This document shows, piece after piece, positions 1 to 14,844 of a DNA stretch of 64,000 nucleotides; the stretch's first letter is position 1; every line of letters begins with the position of its first letter. Both the position numbers and the translations under genes were made by a program. The stretch lies in assembly GCF_009914755.1 (NCBI RefSeq), contig NC_060927.1; one strand, written 5' to 3'. The DNA comes from the human T2T-CHM13v2.0 reference genome, Homo sapiens. Under the pieces are notes generated by a model. That model was not told where the DNA came from and ran no database searches. It saw only the letters and a list, made by a program, of their open reading frames with translations.

Positions 1-128
1 GTGAGGTGATGGAATAAAAGCCATTATTTAAAAAATCCCACTTGCCTGGACATAATTTACCAGGAAGCTCTCCAGTCCCTAGTTGGAGTCCAGGGAAAAG
101 ATCCAGTGTACTTTGGAGGGTACAGCAG

Positions 129-579
129 TGTGTTAGCTAGGGTTCTCCAGAGAAAACTAGTAGGATAATGTGCACATATATATGTGTGTGTGTGTATAAT
201 ACATCTATATCACATATATATATGACATATATATATATATGATATACATATCAGATGTTATAGATTCCAGTAAGATCCTGAAGGCCTGAGAACCAGGAAT
301 GCCAAGGGCAGAAGATCAAGGGCAGACTGATATCCCAGCACAAGCAGTCAAGTAAAGAGAGTGAATCCTCCCTTCTCCCACCTTTTTGTTCTATTCAGGC
401 CCTCAATGGATTGGTGATGCCCACCTACTCTGGGGAGGGCCACTTGCTTTACTCAGTCTACCAATTCAATGCTCATCTCTTCCAGAAACACCCTTATACA
501 TACGCCCAGAAATCATGTTTAGCCAGCTATCTGGGCATCTCCCAACCCAGTCAGGTTGAGACATAATTTAGCTACCACA
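129..579 (-). mobile_element. MLT2-family (ERVL) solo LTR
   Basis: TG...CA termini, 5-bp TSD AGCAG (124-128 and 580-584), MLT2 motifs gggttctccagagaa and ctcagtctaccaattc. Confidence 0.85.
173..252. repeat. (TA)n/(TG)n low-complexity tract inside MLT2
   Basis: Read directly from sequence. Confidence 0.85.
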
Positions 580-627
580 AGCAGAAAGATGGGGCATTCA
601 GCTGTGGGCAGGTGCCAGGGTGAGGCT

Positions 628-1055
628 CTAGTGGACATTGCCAGGGCTTTCCCCAATCCCCTGGGTCTTTTTTCTGGTCTTCACCCCTGTCCAGGGGCCT
701 GCACCAGCAGCTCGCAGCAGGACTGCGCTCAGCCTACCAGTTGCTCTGTCTGCACTCCCAGAGAGCTGCCACTACCTGGGGATTTACATCCCACACAATG
801 CCCCTTGCCAATGACTGACTGGAGTGCCATGTGAAAAGCCCAGGACCCTGGCCTCAAGTGGTACAAATTCTAAGGATGAATCCAGCACTCCCTGTGGAAT
901 CAGGATGAAGCCACCCTCCACATGTCCCTGCTAGGCTCCTACTGTGCTCCGTTTCCTCCCCTCTCCTGCTTCTCCCACTCCATTACAGGTTTCTCCTGGG
1001 AGCACTTCCTCAATATACAACTTATTCCCAAATCCTCATCTCAAAGTCTGCTTGT
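628..1055 (+). mobile_element. LTR16-family (ERVL) solo LTR
   Basis: Motifs ggcctcaagtggtacaaattct and ctcctgggagcacttcctcaat...aatcctcatctcaaagtctgctt. Confidence 0.7.
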
Positions 1056-1986
1056 GAAGACAGAGTTCCTCGCTGGTGAGGGCCAGGTGGAATGGGGCTT
1101 TTCCGATGAGGTACGAACAAAACAATCTCACCTGCTTTTCAATATTTTGCCACTCTTATACAGTAAAGGTGGGAATTATATTTTAGAATTTCGAATTCTC
1201 CATGCAGCTAGAGGAAAAACATCCCTTTCTAAAGACAGCAGCTTTGCTTACCAATGTATTTAATCATATTCATAGCCCAAGACCCATCTATTACTGTTGC
1301 CCAACACTGTGGGCAGTAGGGATGGTAATGTCTGATGTTTTTCTCAACAGTGATTGATATTATTTGCATAAATTTGTAGAGGCGCTTGTTACAAAGAAAT
1401 AAAGTATCCACCTAAGCACTGCATGAAAATCAGCATAATATTAACCAAAAGGGGAAATGAAAAAGGAAAATGTCACCAGAAATTTTAGCTTATCAATCTT
1501 CATTCTTCCCCTTTAACACTGTTTCCACTGCTGCTTATATCACATTTGCATAATTAAATTGCTGGAAGCATGTGTGTTAATTTGGATGGAAAGTATATAT
1601 TATTTCTACTGTGTAAAAATTATTTGATGTTTGATTGGGTTTTTAATGCTCACCCTTCAAATTACTGAAGAGAGAAAAATAGTTTTATTTTTGTCCTTTT
1701 TTTCCCCAACCTATTTGACCAAGAGGTGTTCAGATATTGTTAGAAGGTAACAAGTACAAAATTAAGGCCAAGCTAATGCAAATACAGGCCTCTAGGAGAG
1801 AAGGTGGGAAGGGGGAGGCAGGTGCCTAGGCAAGGTTATCCATGGTTCTGGGGCCTTGTTTTGGCTTTGCCATGCACTGGCTATGTGACCTTGGGTGGGG
1901 GTCATTTCTCCTTTGCATTCATTCATTTGTTCATTTGAGAAACATCTACTCTTGTCTACTCTGGGCCAAAAAGGAATTAACTAGAT

Positions 1987-2186
1987 CAGCACTATCTAAT
2001 ATAGTAGTTACTAGTCACATGTAGCTATTTAAATTTAAGTAAAAATTGATAAAAATTAAAATCCAGTTCCTCAACAGTATGAGACACATCTGGAGTGCTC
2101 AATAGCCATTTATGGCCAGGAGCTACTATAATGGACAGGACAGATATGAACATTTTCATCATTGTAGAAAGTTCTGGAGAGTACTG
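1987..2186. mobile_element. MER3 (hAT-Charlie) DNA transposon
   Basis: CAG...CTG ends, 8-bp TSD AACTAGAT/AACTAGAC (1979-1986, 2187-2194), MER3 core tagtcacatgtagctatttaaattt. Confidence 0.85.
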
Positions 2187-2746
2187 AACTAGACGATCTC
2201 CAAAGGTTCTTTCGTCTCTGATGTGCTATGATTTAAAATGATGTGAAAATAAGCCCAGGTTCATAATGGTAACCACTCTCAGTGTTAAGCTGAAGTTTCT
2301 GTCACTTTATAAACATTCTCTGACATTCTGTGGGAATCTTATATGGAAATGGATGGGGTTGGGGTGGACACACAGGGGACAAAGGAGCAAGTTTCTCCTC
2401 CTGAAGTGTCCAGCTGAGGAGACGAACATATGTACAAACAGGATATCTGAGGATGGGGGTAAGAGAATGACTCCCAAGCTGGATATAGAGCCATCTTCCT
2501 CAAATATCCAAATGGAAGTCCAGCTGTGTGCCATCTCACGGCTGGGAGCATCTCAGGACAGTGACATAACTGGTATTCCATCTTGATTAAGAAGCTACGA
2601 TGTTCTCTAATGTGTGAGCTAATAATCGTCCACTAAACACTGCAGCTATACCATCAAGATGTTAAGACTTTTGCAGTTCATGTTTCAGAATAAACAGCAA
2701 GGGAGGAACACAGACTGATATAGGATTTACCTATATAGCCAGGCCC

Positions 2747-3060
2747 TGTGATGGTATGATAGTTTATATTATTTTCCAACAAATATTCACTTCGGCTTGA
2801 CCATGTGACTTTTTACTTCAGGGTGGATAAAGATACTTCCTACCTCCTTGATTTTACACTCAACCATGAGACTTGATTTAGCTAATGGGATGTGAGTGGA
2901 TACAATGGCAGCAGAGGCTTGGAATGCATTTTGAATGGTTGGGTTTGGACTTTTGTGCTTCTGCTGCAGCTCTGAAAAGATCTTGCCCTGACCCACTGGC
3001 CTTGAATAATGGAGCAGTGCTAAATCCAACCTGTGGGCTGGTAGGATGCAGCCAACCTGT
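2747..3060 (+). mobile_element. MLT1 (I/J-like) MaLR LTR fragment
   Basis: ccatgagacttgatttagctaatgggatgtgagtgga motif. Confidence 0.6.
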
Positions 3061-4504
3061 AAAGGTAAAGACCAAGGGAAAAGAACAAGAAGGGTAGAGA
3101 ACAAGGGAAATGAAGAGCTCGGGGCTGCAGCCTGCAATCAAGAAACCAGGGCAAGTGGCTTGATGGCAGCCACATTTGGTCCTACAGGCTCCAAACCAGA
3201 AAGCCCTGCTAAGCATCCCCACGGAGACCCCATTCCTACAGCTTACTTTCCTATGAAGGGTGATATTCATCCCTCAGAGGAGCAACACAAATAGTCAAAT
3301 GAATGGCAATAATATACTTTAGAATTTCTAATATTAAGAAATGAAATGGAACATGAAGCATCTATAAAATGGTCTCACAAAGTCAAAAAGGAGCTTCCTG
3401 AACTAATTATAACAAATTTTACTATATTAAAAGCCAATGCAGCACATTTCAGCAGACGAGTCAATTGAAGTGATTTTGGGGTGAAAAAATTTTAAATACA
3501 GTTTATGATAAGAACTGGAATAAACTGCCATAATGGTTTAATAAGTTTCCCTCACTCCTTTTAAGTTCTTGGCTGGTGTTGAGTACAGAAGCATATGGGG
3601 AGAGTAAATTAATGAGTTGAGGGTTTGGAATCAAGCTTGTCTATGAGTTTTCATGCATAGCAACAGGCAAACACACCCAATCATATCAAAAATGCACAGC
3701 CATGAGCCACTTCACAGTTTCCGGAGAGAGATCAGAATGGAGAGGAAAAGGGCTGCCTGGAAGGCTAACAGACTTGCACTATAATCTAATGCTTCCATCT
3801 TGAATTTCCATTGAGCCCAAAGTTTCTAATCTATTTTTCTTGTCTATGTTACAATAAAAGCTGATTTAGAGGCCTTTAATAATTAGGGTGTTGCTACTGT
3901 TATTAGAACTAAAGTCATATAGGAAATACACAAGCACCTACTGCCTAAATAGACCAATAACAAGTTCTGGAATTGAGGTTGTAATAAATAGCCTACCAAC
4001 CAAAAAAAGCCCAGGACCAGATAGATTCACAGCTGAATTCTACCAGACATATAAGGAAGAGGTGGTACTATTTCTACTGAAACTATTCCAAAAAATTGAA
4101 AAGGACAGACTCCTCCCTAACTCATTCTATGAGGCCAGCATCATCCTGATACCAAAACCTGGCAGAGATACAACACAAAACGAAAACTTTAGGCCAATAT
4201 CCCCGATGAACACCGATGTAAAAATCCTCAATAAAATACTGGCAAACCGAATCCAGCAGCACATCAAAAAGCTTATCCACCATGATCAAGTTGGCTTTAT
4301 CCCCAGGAAGCGAGGTTGGTTCAACATATGCAAATCAATAAATGTGATTCACCACATAAACAGAACTAAAGACAAAAACCACATGATTATCTTAACAGAT
4401 GCAGAAAAGACCTTTGATAAAATTAAACATCCCTTCATGTTAAAAACTCCCAATAAACTAAGTATTGAAGGAACATACCTCAAAATAATAAAAGCCATAT
4501 ATGA

Positions 4505-5060
<556 letters not shown>

Positions 5061-5856
5061 AATGATACTCTCAAAAACTTCTTAAGTTGATAAGCAACTT
5101 CAGCAAAATCTCAGGATACAAAATCAATGTGCAAAAATCGCTAGTATTCCTATACACCAACAACAGACAAGCCAAGAGCCAAATCATGAATGAACTCCCA
5201 TTCACAATTGCTACAAAAAGAATAAAATACCCAGCAATAGAGCTAACAAGAGAAGTGAAGAACCTTTTCAAGGAGAAGTAAAAACCACCGCTCAAATAAA
5301 TCAAAGAGAACATGAACAAATGAAGAAGCATTCCATGCTCATGGATAGGAAGAATCAATATTGTGAAAATGGCCATCTCAATGCAATTCCCATTAAATTA
5401 GCAATGACATTCTTCACAGAATTAGAAGTAACTATTTTAAAATTCAAATGGAACCAAAAAGAACCCAAATAGCCAAAACAATTCTAAACCAAAAGAACAA
5501 AGCTGGAGGCATCATGCTACCTGACTTCAAACTACACTACAAGGCTGCAGTAACAAAAACAGCATGGTACTGGTACAAGAACAGACATAAACCAATGGAA
5601 CAGAATAGAGAACTCAAAAACAAGACCACACACCTACAACCATTTGATCTTCGACAAACTTGACAAAAACAAGCAGTGGGGAAAGGATTCCCTATTTAAT
5701 AAATGGTGCTGGAAGAACTGGCTAGCTACATATACAGAAAATTAAAACTGGACCTTTTCCTTACACCATATACAAAAATTAACTCAAGATGGATTAAAGA
5801 CTTAAATATAAAACCCAAAACTACAAAAACCTTGGAAGAAAATCTAGGCAATACTA

Positions 5857-6284
<428 letters not shown>

Positions 6285-7299
6285 CTATAATCAGAGTGAC
6301 CTGACAACCTACAGAATGGGAAAAAAATTTTTCAATGTATCCATCTGACAAAGGTCTAATATCCAGAGTCTACAAGGAACTTGAGTTTACAAGAAAAAAA
6401 CAACTGCACCAAAAAGTGGGCAAAGGACATGAACAGACACTTTTCAAAAGAACACATACATGCAGCCAACAAATATGAAAAAAAGCCCAACATCACTGAT
6501 CATTAGAGAAATGCAAATCAAAACCACGAGATACCGTCTCATGCCAGTCAGCATGGCTATTATTAAAAAGTCAAAAAACAACAGATGCTGATGAGATTGC
6601 AGAGAAAAAGGAACACTTTTACACTGTTGGTGGGAGTGTAATTTAGTTCAACCATTGTGGATGACAGCGTGGCAATTCCTCAAAGACCTAGAGGCAGAAA
6701 TACCATTTGACCCAGCAATCCCATTACTGGATATATACCCAAAGGAATATAAATCATTTTGTTATAAAGATACATGCATGTGTATGTTCACTGCAGCACC
6801 ATTCACAATAGCAAAGACATGGAATCAACCTAAATACTCAACAATGATAGACTGGATAAAGAAAATGTGGTACATATACACAATGGAATACTATGCAGCC
6901 ATAAAAAGGAATGAGATCATGTCCTTTGCAAGGACATGGATGGAGTTGCAAGCCATTATCCTCAGAAAACTAATGCAGAAAGAGAAAACTAAACACTGCA
7001 TGTTCTCACTTGTAAGTGGGAGCTGAATGATGAGAACATATGGACACATAGTGGGGAACCACACACAGTGGGGCCTGTTAGAGGTTGGGGGTGGCGGGAA
7101 GGAGAGCATCAGGAAGAATAGCTAATAGATGCTGGGCTTAATACCTAGGTGACAAGATGATCTATGCAGCAAACCACTATGGCACACATTTACCTATGTA
7201 AAAAACCTGCACATCCTGCACATGTACACATGAAAATATAAGTTGAAGAAAAGTAAAATAAATTAAAAAATGTACAAAACAAAGTCATGAATGCTACAA

Positions 7300-7640
7300 T
7301 GGGAGTAGCACAGACATTATCTGCCCCCAGTGGGTAAAGGCTATAAACCAAGACTTGCATACAGAGCAGGAATTTGCAGGGGGGAGGTGAGGACAGGGGC
7401 TGGTGTTGGGAGATAACACTGTTCTAGGTAGAGGGAAGAGCCCAAAGGTACAGCCAAGCAGGAAGACTGATAGGGCCAGAACAGGTGGGTGCAGAGTATA
7501 AGGACAGGATGCGTGAGAGGCAACAACAGAGAGATAACGCAGAAGTCAAGAAGGACTTCGTAAGCCACACTCAAGACTCCCGGCTTCATCTGAGGGCAGG
7601 AGGAACCCGCTGGCTGGGCTTTAAGCAGGGCAGTATGGAG
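7300..7640 (-). mobile_element. L2 fragment
   Basis: L2-type motifs ttctaggtagagggaagagc and ggctttaagcagggcagt. Confidence 0.5.
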
Positions 7641-8688
7641 CTTTCATGAGGTGCTCAGTAAACATTGACTGAGCGTTTCACCTAGTGCACTGAGAACCTG
7701 GCAAATGATCTGTGGGGCTGTCTTTTCTTCTCACCTCTTCCACGACCCACCACTCATGCTGGGCCACATTGCAACATCCAGGACTTATTTTTACTTGCTT
7801 TTTGGAAGTTCCTATTGTCTCCTCATATTTGTCTCACAAGGAACCCTAGGTTTCCTCTTCAACAATATCAATGCTATCCTTTTTGGCATACTGCAGTTCT
7901 TGCTTTCCCTTCTCTGCAGAAAGTGAGCTCGGCACTGGCTCAGTGCTCCCACCAGTGTCCAGACTGGAATGCCTGGAGAGCAAGAGGTAAGTCAGACCGA
8001 GGCAGGTATGAGGAGGAACGGACAGAGGGAGGGAGGCTGAAAGGGGTATGGAGAAAGAATTCTGCCATTTAATTCTTTTAGAATTAGTTTAATATTTTCA
8101 AGTTTTTGGTTTATGTTAATTTTCATTGGGAACTACTTTTCATAATAACTGCACAATTAATAAGACATACATTTGTGTGCTGTGGAAAATAAGTCTGAAG
8201 TAAAAGTAATTGAAAAAGAAGACAGCAAGCAGAGATATTCTATCTTTGAGCTCTCTTTTTCTGAAATAATTCCTTTAAAAATATTTTCCAAGTATTCTTA
8301 AGTATAAAGCATTTAACATGACAAGAGTATGAGTCAGTCATTTGGATTTGAGGGCTTGGTCACATATAGACTCGGTGCTTTTGCTGATGAGCTTCAAACT
8401 TTTCTAATGGCTTAAAAATAATCTACAATACATGGAGTCATTACTCAGGATTTATCTTCAAAGAACTCCAATTACAGAATTTAGTCACTGGAATCCCCCC
8501 TTTTTAGACATAGGAACAAATATTCAGGAAAAAAAAAACCCACATAGGATTCATAAGTAAAGATTTATACCTTTTTCTGAATAAAGCAGGCACTAAATAA
8601 AAGTGCCGTCGCTGCAGCTCTAGCTGAGTTCAAAGGCGCATTGCAGCAGCTTTAAAGTTTATTCCAATAATCAACTCAGTCCAAAGTT

Positions 8689-8718
8689 AGACATGTGCTA
8701 ACTAGACTTGTCATGTGT
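8689..8718. promoter_or_regulatory. Candidate p53/p63-family response element (three tandem half-sites)
   Basis: AGACATGTGC|TAACTAGACT|TGTCATGTGT; CWWG cores at 8692, 8702 and 8712; flanks partly mismatched. Confidence 0.35.
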
Positions 8719-9384
8719 ATATTGCTTTTAAGTCTTTAGCATGTGAAATGTCTTTTCATTTTTGGAAAAAAATCATAAAATAAAGAATTATTTTGTTGGA
8801 AATTAACTTCATAGTCTAAAAAGCAAAACCAGACAGGCCACAACATTCCAGCAAGTAAACAAGACAGATGTTTTGTGCTCCAGCTCTCAAAAATCATGAG
8901 ATAGTCAAGATTCTCCCAGATCAGGTTCAGATTTGTCTTGCCAACTTCATTTCTTCCTCCTCTTCCCTTTCATGCATGCAACACCCTATCTAACACTTCC
9001 TTTCCTCTCTTATATATATATGGTTCTCCCTTTCCTGCCACCATACTCATCCTCACGTGATTCCTCCTATCTGGAATGCTCTTCCTGCCACATCTGCATG
9101 ATCAAATCGTGCACACGTTTGCAAACTCATCTCGGATACCACCTTGTCTAAGAAACTCGCCATAGTGTCTCCAGACAAAAGGAGTCTCTCCTTCTGTGCA
9201 TGGGCCACTTCTTATCCCACATCGTGTCATCTACTCTGGGCCCACTGAGGGCAAGGTAACCCTTAGTATATTGCTTTATTTACAAGAAGCATCAGTACCT
9301 GTTACTTGTATGCGCAATAAGGTATTAGGAAGATATAAGCAGGCAGATTTCCTGATTTAATAAGCTTAAAAAGTACATGGACCA

Positions 9385-9684
<300 letters not shown>

Positions 9685-12600
9685 AAAAAGTACATGGACC
9701 AAGAGGTGGCAAAAAGAATAAGATTTCAAATGTGAAAGGATGAAGTTTTGACACAGGCGTAGCATTCACCTCCAGCAAACACAATTCAGCATTTCTGTGT
9801 GTCTAGGACAAGGTGTACTGGGGAACAAGGTAAAGGCTGTCATTTAGTGTGTGCCCACCAAGTGCAGGGTTTGTGCAAGGGCTTTATTGACACTGATTTC
9901 TGTCTCAAAACAACTCTAGAATGCCCCTATTATTATCCTGGCTTTACAGAGGAGGGATGGGGGCCAGAGAGGATGAGTGAGCTCAGAGAGGCCCAAACAG
10001 CTAAAAATCCTTCTGCCTCCAAAGTCCTACACCCTTTATGCTGCCTAAGAACTTTCCAAAAGAGATAAATATAACTGAGCACATACACTAAGCCCCAGTA
10101 AAACGCGAGTAAATGTAAGACTTCTTTGAGTACGATTAGTTTTATAGCAGGAAAAATCAAAAGAGGTTAACAGAAGTCCTTTATATCTGCATAACACATC
10201 ATACTTCCAAGGAACTTCCATATTTATGAATTTACAGACGTATCAGATTTGATAAAATCTGATTTAGTAAAAAATGAACAAACACGGTTTGGCTGCACCT
10301 CGCCAGAGTGGACCAGAGTCCTTAATTCTTAGCTTCTGGGAGACTCAGAAAGCCCAGAGACTCCAGAGAAGTGAATGTCTTCTGTAATGTCACTTAGAAC
10401 CAGGTCTCCAAGAGACCCAAGGAACCAAAGCATCCTTATAAAGCTGTGGGCTAAGTGGTTTATTCTTCCCCAAGTCAGCCTCTGAGACACTGGTCCAAAC
10501 AGAAATGGGGTTGGTGAAGCCCTCCAGTCTGAAGTGATGCATTCTGAGCACATCTGGAAGACCAGAGGATCTCTAGGCTCGGGCCATACTAAAGGTCACA
10601 TAAGGTAGATGGCTGAACTCCTACTGAATTCACCATATGCCCCCATTCCCTATTTATCATTCACAGAGCTGGCTTTTCTCACACCACAAATATCCATCTA
10701 TCCTTCCATTCATATCTCATATAACTCCTGGAAGGCAGTCATAGACTCTTGTGATTTGACCAGTAATAGACTTGTGATTCAGCATTTCCTGAATAACATA
10801 TGATCAGAAACAGCAGGTTTCTAGGGACATCCTTAAGGAAACCTGACAACCTAGGTTGGTTCAGGAGAGCTGGCCTCTAGGTCCATTTGACTTGGAATGA
10901 CAAAAGCCAAACTTCTCTACCCTCTAGTCTTATGCCTAAGTCTTCCTCAGGGACCAGCATAAAACTGTTCCATGCACCAATACTCAACATTTTATGGGCA
11001 GACGCATGAGAGGGGCCTTTAGGAGTAGCAGTGGTAGCAGAATTACTACGAGTAGTCATAATAAAAAACAGTTTCTAAATCCCTGCCCCTCCTGTAGAAC
11101 TGAACTCTAGAAAAGGCAAAGTAGGGCAAAAATAGTGTCTTTTCCACCCTCATTCCATTTGTCAAATATAAACATAAAACTCTGATTTCCCCTTGGGGTT
11201 CTGGCCACACACATACGGCATGTAAGTTCCTCTTTGGAGGGGTCTTGCTATATGAAATGCAGAATCCAAGGTATTTTATTCCTACTTTCAATGAAATAGC
11301 TTAATTTTTCTATAAATAATTTTTCCCCTATAAATATCACCATAGCACCACTATGAAGGCCGCACACATCTTTCTGAAAAAGAAGATGAAGATTATTTTG
11401 TCCATCTTGCCATTATTAATGTGAATATAAATTCTCTGTGCTATTTCATTGGTGTATTTTCCAGGAACACAGTATATATTCTATAATTTAATACTATGAT
11501 AAATGTGATTTGTGAAAGTCATTTATTCACGAACAGACCTTTCCATATTTTATGTAAACTTGCTATTCGTTATATTTAACATTCTCATATTTAACCTCAG
11601 AAGATACTAAAAGTGTAAGTTGAAAAAATAGTCTTATAAAATCCTTACTTAACTGTCTCTGTCTTCTCAGCAGAGGGGTAGCATGTTCTTGATCTTTTGC
11701 TTTTGATTTTGTTCTTGTATTTTGAGTCATAAGCCTTTTTAAGTGTAGGACAAAAGTTATGGATCTCTTCTCCAGAAAAACATACACAAACAGAAACACA
11801 AGGTTTTCATATAACTAATTTTATTTCATTGGAAGTTTATTACCTTCACATAAACAGAAATAATCTTTATAAAGAATTATATATCTTTTGCTATCTTTTT
11901 AATGTTTATTATGTGTAAACCAAAAAGTAATGCTGCTTAAAAAAAACTACAATTTGACGGCTTGCCTAAGAAGGTGAAATTGTGGTTTACTGTTTGACAG
12001 CCAGGAGTGTGTGGGTGTGTTTTAATAATAACCAAAGTTACTTGTATCCAGCAACTCCAGAATCATCTAGACTTTGCAGTGAACTCACGGTTTACTCTTA
12101 ACTGTCTTTCCTAAGTGTCATTGTGTTTGGCAAGGTCTGACTCACTGGGGTAGCCTCTGCCATCAGAGAAGAGATACAGAAATCCAAGTATCCATCCTAA
12201 CACAGGAGCAGGAGTAGCCTTCACAGGAGTCAGCTGGTGTTGCCAGAAATGTGCAGATTTCTTTTTGGAGAGAAATTAACAAGGCTTTGTCCTTCTGGAG
12301 ACCAACCTTCAGGTTCTCTTCTTCCAGCACAGGGAAGTTCACAAGACAACTGCTTCTACCAACCTCTTCTAGAATGAAAGTAAAGGATGTCTCAGAAGCA
12401 TCAATAAAAGGGACTACAGGACCTTGTAATAAAAGATTTCTCTCATTCATGTGGCAGAAATTGAAACAAAACCTCTAAGCATGTCAGGTGATAAACTTCT
12501 CCCTGGCAGACTGCTCTGAGAATGGCTTTCCTTTCCACTCCACACTGAAGCACGTAGGACGGAAGATAAGTCAAGTCTTGTAAGAGTCGTTTTCTGGAAA

Positions 12601-13337
12601 GCCAGCAAACTTCTGGGTAGCACAGAACTTTACACCCAGCAGTATGACTTGATATACCCCCTGAAAAAGCTGGTGATTCAAGGCCTTGGTTCTCCTCAAA
12701 GGTAACTCACCACAGAGGGAAATATGACTTCTGTGGGATTGGTAGTGGATGGCCTAGTGCCAGAGCATGTGAGACAGACATTAATGGGGTTTCCTTATTC
12801 ACAAAAAGTTAAACCAGGAGCTGACTGCAACAACATGCACCTGATGGACAAAACCCACAGGCTGGTTTCTGAGGAATACACCAGGAATTTTACAAAAATG
12901 CTGCAGAAGTAAAGTGGCATAATTGCCAATCTCTCCAGAGTACATTCTGAAATACTGAAAATTAGAACCTCCAGGGATTCCACAGTGGTTGGTATTTGAG
13001 AGGGCACTGCTTCATCTTTTCTCTTCTTATTCAAGATACAAATTGTAGCACTCCACCCCTGGCCTCTCCAAAATGCTGTAAGAGCCTCACTGGCTGCTTA
13101 AAGATGAGGCTTTCTCCTTGGGACAAATCCAAGTTTCTGCCTTTCCAAATGGAGCCATCTTCTCACAGAGAAGATCCATATGCCTGGTGAGTCTCCAAGC
13201 AAGATGGGAAGAAGGTGCTCCCTTTCCCATCTTGTCTTCTGTGTCCAGCATCAGACACCCAAGGGACTTCTATGGTCATCCCATCCACAGGGTGGAAGAT
13301 CTGACCTTCCCCCTGTCTAGGTCATCTGCTTCTAGGA

Positions 13338-13548
13338 CTGCATTCTCATCAGGGTGATACTGCTTCCACATGGGTGAAAACTGGTTCAGCAAGTGGGACT
13401 AAAGCTTACATATTACAGTGGTTTGTGCCAAAGGACAATACATAAACAGACACAGTCTATATTAAAATTGCATAGATAGAGGTAGTCAGGGAAAATAAGT
13501 CAAAAAAGGTTCCTTAAGGTGCATGTGAAAAAAAGGTTGAGCAACACT
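13338..13548 (-). mobile_element. MER112-like hAT DNA transposon
   Basis: Ends gcattctcatcaggg ... aaaaggttgagcaacactg; internal tacagtggtttgtg...catacataaacag-type motifs. Confidence 0.65.
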
Positions 13549-14844
13549 GCTATAATGTATTTGAAGGAGGGAGCTTGGAGTGTCTCCACTCTGTTTCTAT
13601 GCTATCTGGCCATGGCCTCATACTCTTCACTTGACCGCAGGCTTCCTCTGACTTGGCTCCTGGTTACCAGCTGGACTAGAGGATGACTGGTGCCCCTTCC
13701 TGCTCCTCCACAAATGCTACAACCATCATTGTAGCTACAGAGGAATGGTAAGGGTCACATACACCTACACTGTCCTTGACAAGAGTACACACGGCTTCCC
13801 CCTCCTTTATCTTTAAGGCACCACTGACTAGTACTTATTACAGAATTTACTGATAGTATTAGAAGGGATTTGCAATTCATAAAAGAAAACTTAAATCTCT
13901 GCATCAAGTTCTGATGTTCTCATGGAGGAATTAGCCATATCCCACTGCTGGGGGCCCCCTGTCAACCTACTGCTTTCCTTGTTCCCTTCATATTGCTGGG
14001 AACTGCAATATCTCTTTCAGTTATGAGCTGCTTCTCCTCATGCTCTCAGTCCTGTCCCATGATCAGAACTCTGGTCACCAAGAAGCAGCCAAAAATAGTA
14101 AACACCATACTAACTTCCCCTCCCAGGACAGTCACTTTTTGATTTGCCCAGCAGAGCAGCTGAGATCCTCTTTGCTTAACTTCTTCCCTTGGACTACGTT
14201 CCCAGCCTCATCTCTGCAGAGCTCAAAGCCCAAACAGGAGAGTGCGTGGCTTGCAGGAAGGCAGATGATTCAGAGGGCCTAACTAGGTTCAGTTAACAGG
14301 GAAGCGTGAACCTTCAAGGTCAAACAAGGCCAATTCACAAAAAAAGCAGGGCACATGCATTTTTTAATCTTAAGCAAAAGAGAGCAGTACCATCTTCCAC
14401 CCAATTGGGTGTCAGAACAGTCAGTACCCATGGACCTGAGAATCTGCCTCTTGCCTTCCCCTCCCCAGCCTTTACTCTACTGGACTTGCTTTCAAAGCCA
14501 GCTGTATGTGGTAGCCTTCCTTTCTGGACTTGGGAAATCTAAGAAACAATTTGACTTTGGCCTGTTCCAGGATACTGTCTCCTGCCTACTATGTAGAAAT
14601 GTTAAGCTTTGGTACCCGTTGCTCCTGGGTCTCCCCATCTTAGAACCCTCTCTGGAATTCAGATTTCTGTTGACTCTTAGAACAAGCAGGAACTGATTCC
14701 ACTAAGCATTGACCTACCTCACCAACTACAGACCAGATTAATCTCTATTCAGAGGGCCAGTGATATAGACACAAATTTGTATTAAAATATTTTAACATTC
14801 TGGAGCAGTAGAACGTTAACATAAAGCCAATAATGACTAAAGTA

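Noticed and set aside
3571-3590. GGCTGGTGTTGAGTACAG as a Y RNA fragment
   Set aside because: Similarity to Y3 is too short and breaks down immediately.
7841-7922. Plus-strand exon-like segment (AAG|...|GTGAGC)
   Set aside because: Antisense to ULK4, no partner exons, no recognisable peptide.
10242-10263. ATCAGATTT/AAATCTGAT hairpin (similar short ones at about 13717 and 48302)
   Set aside because: Arms of 7-9 bp are expected by chance and are too short for a pre-miRNA.
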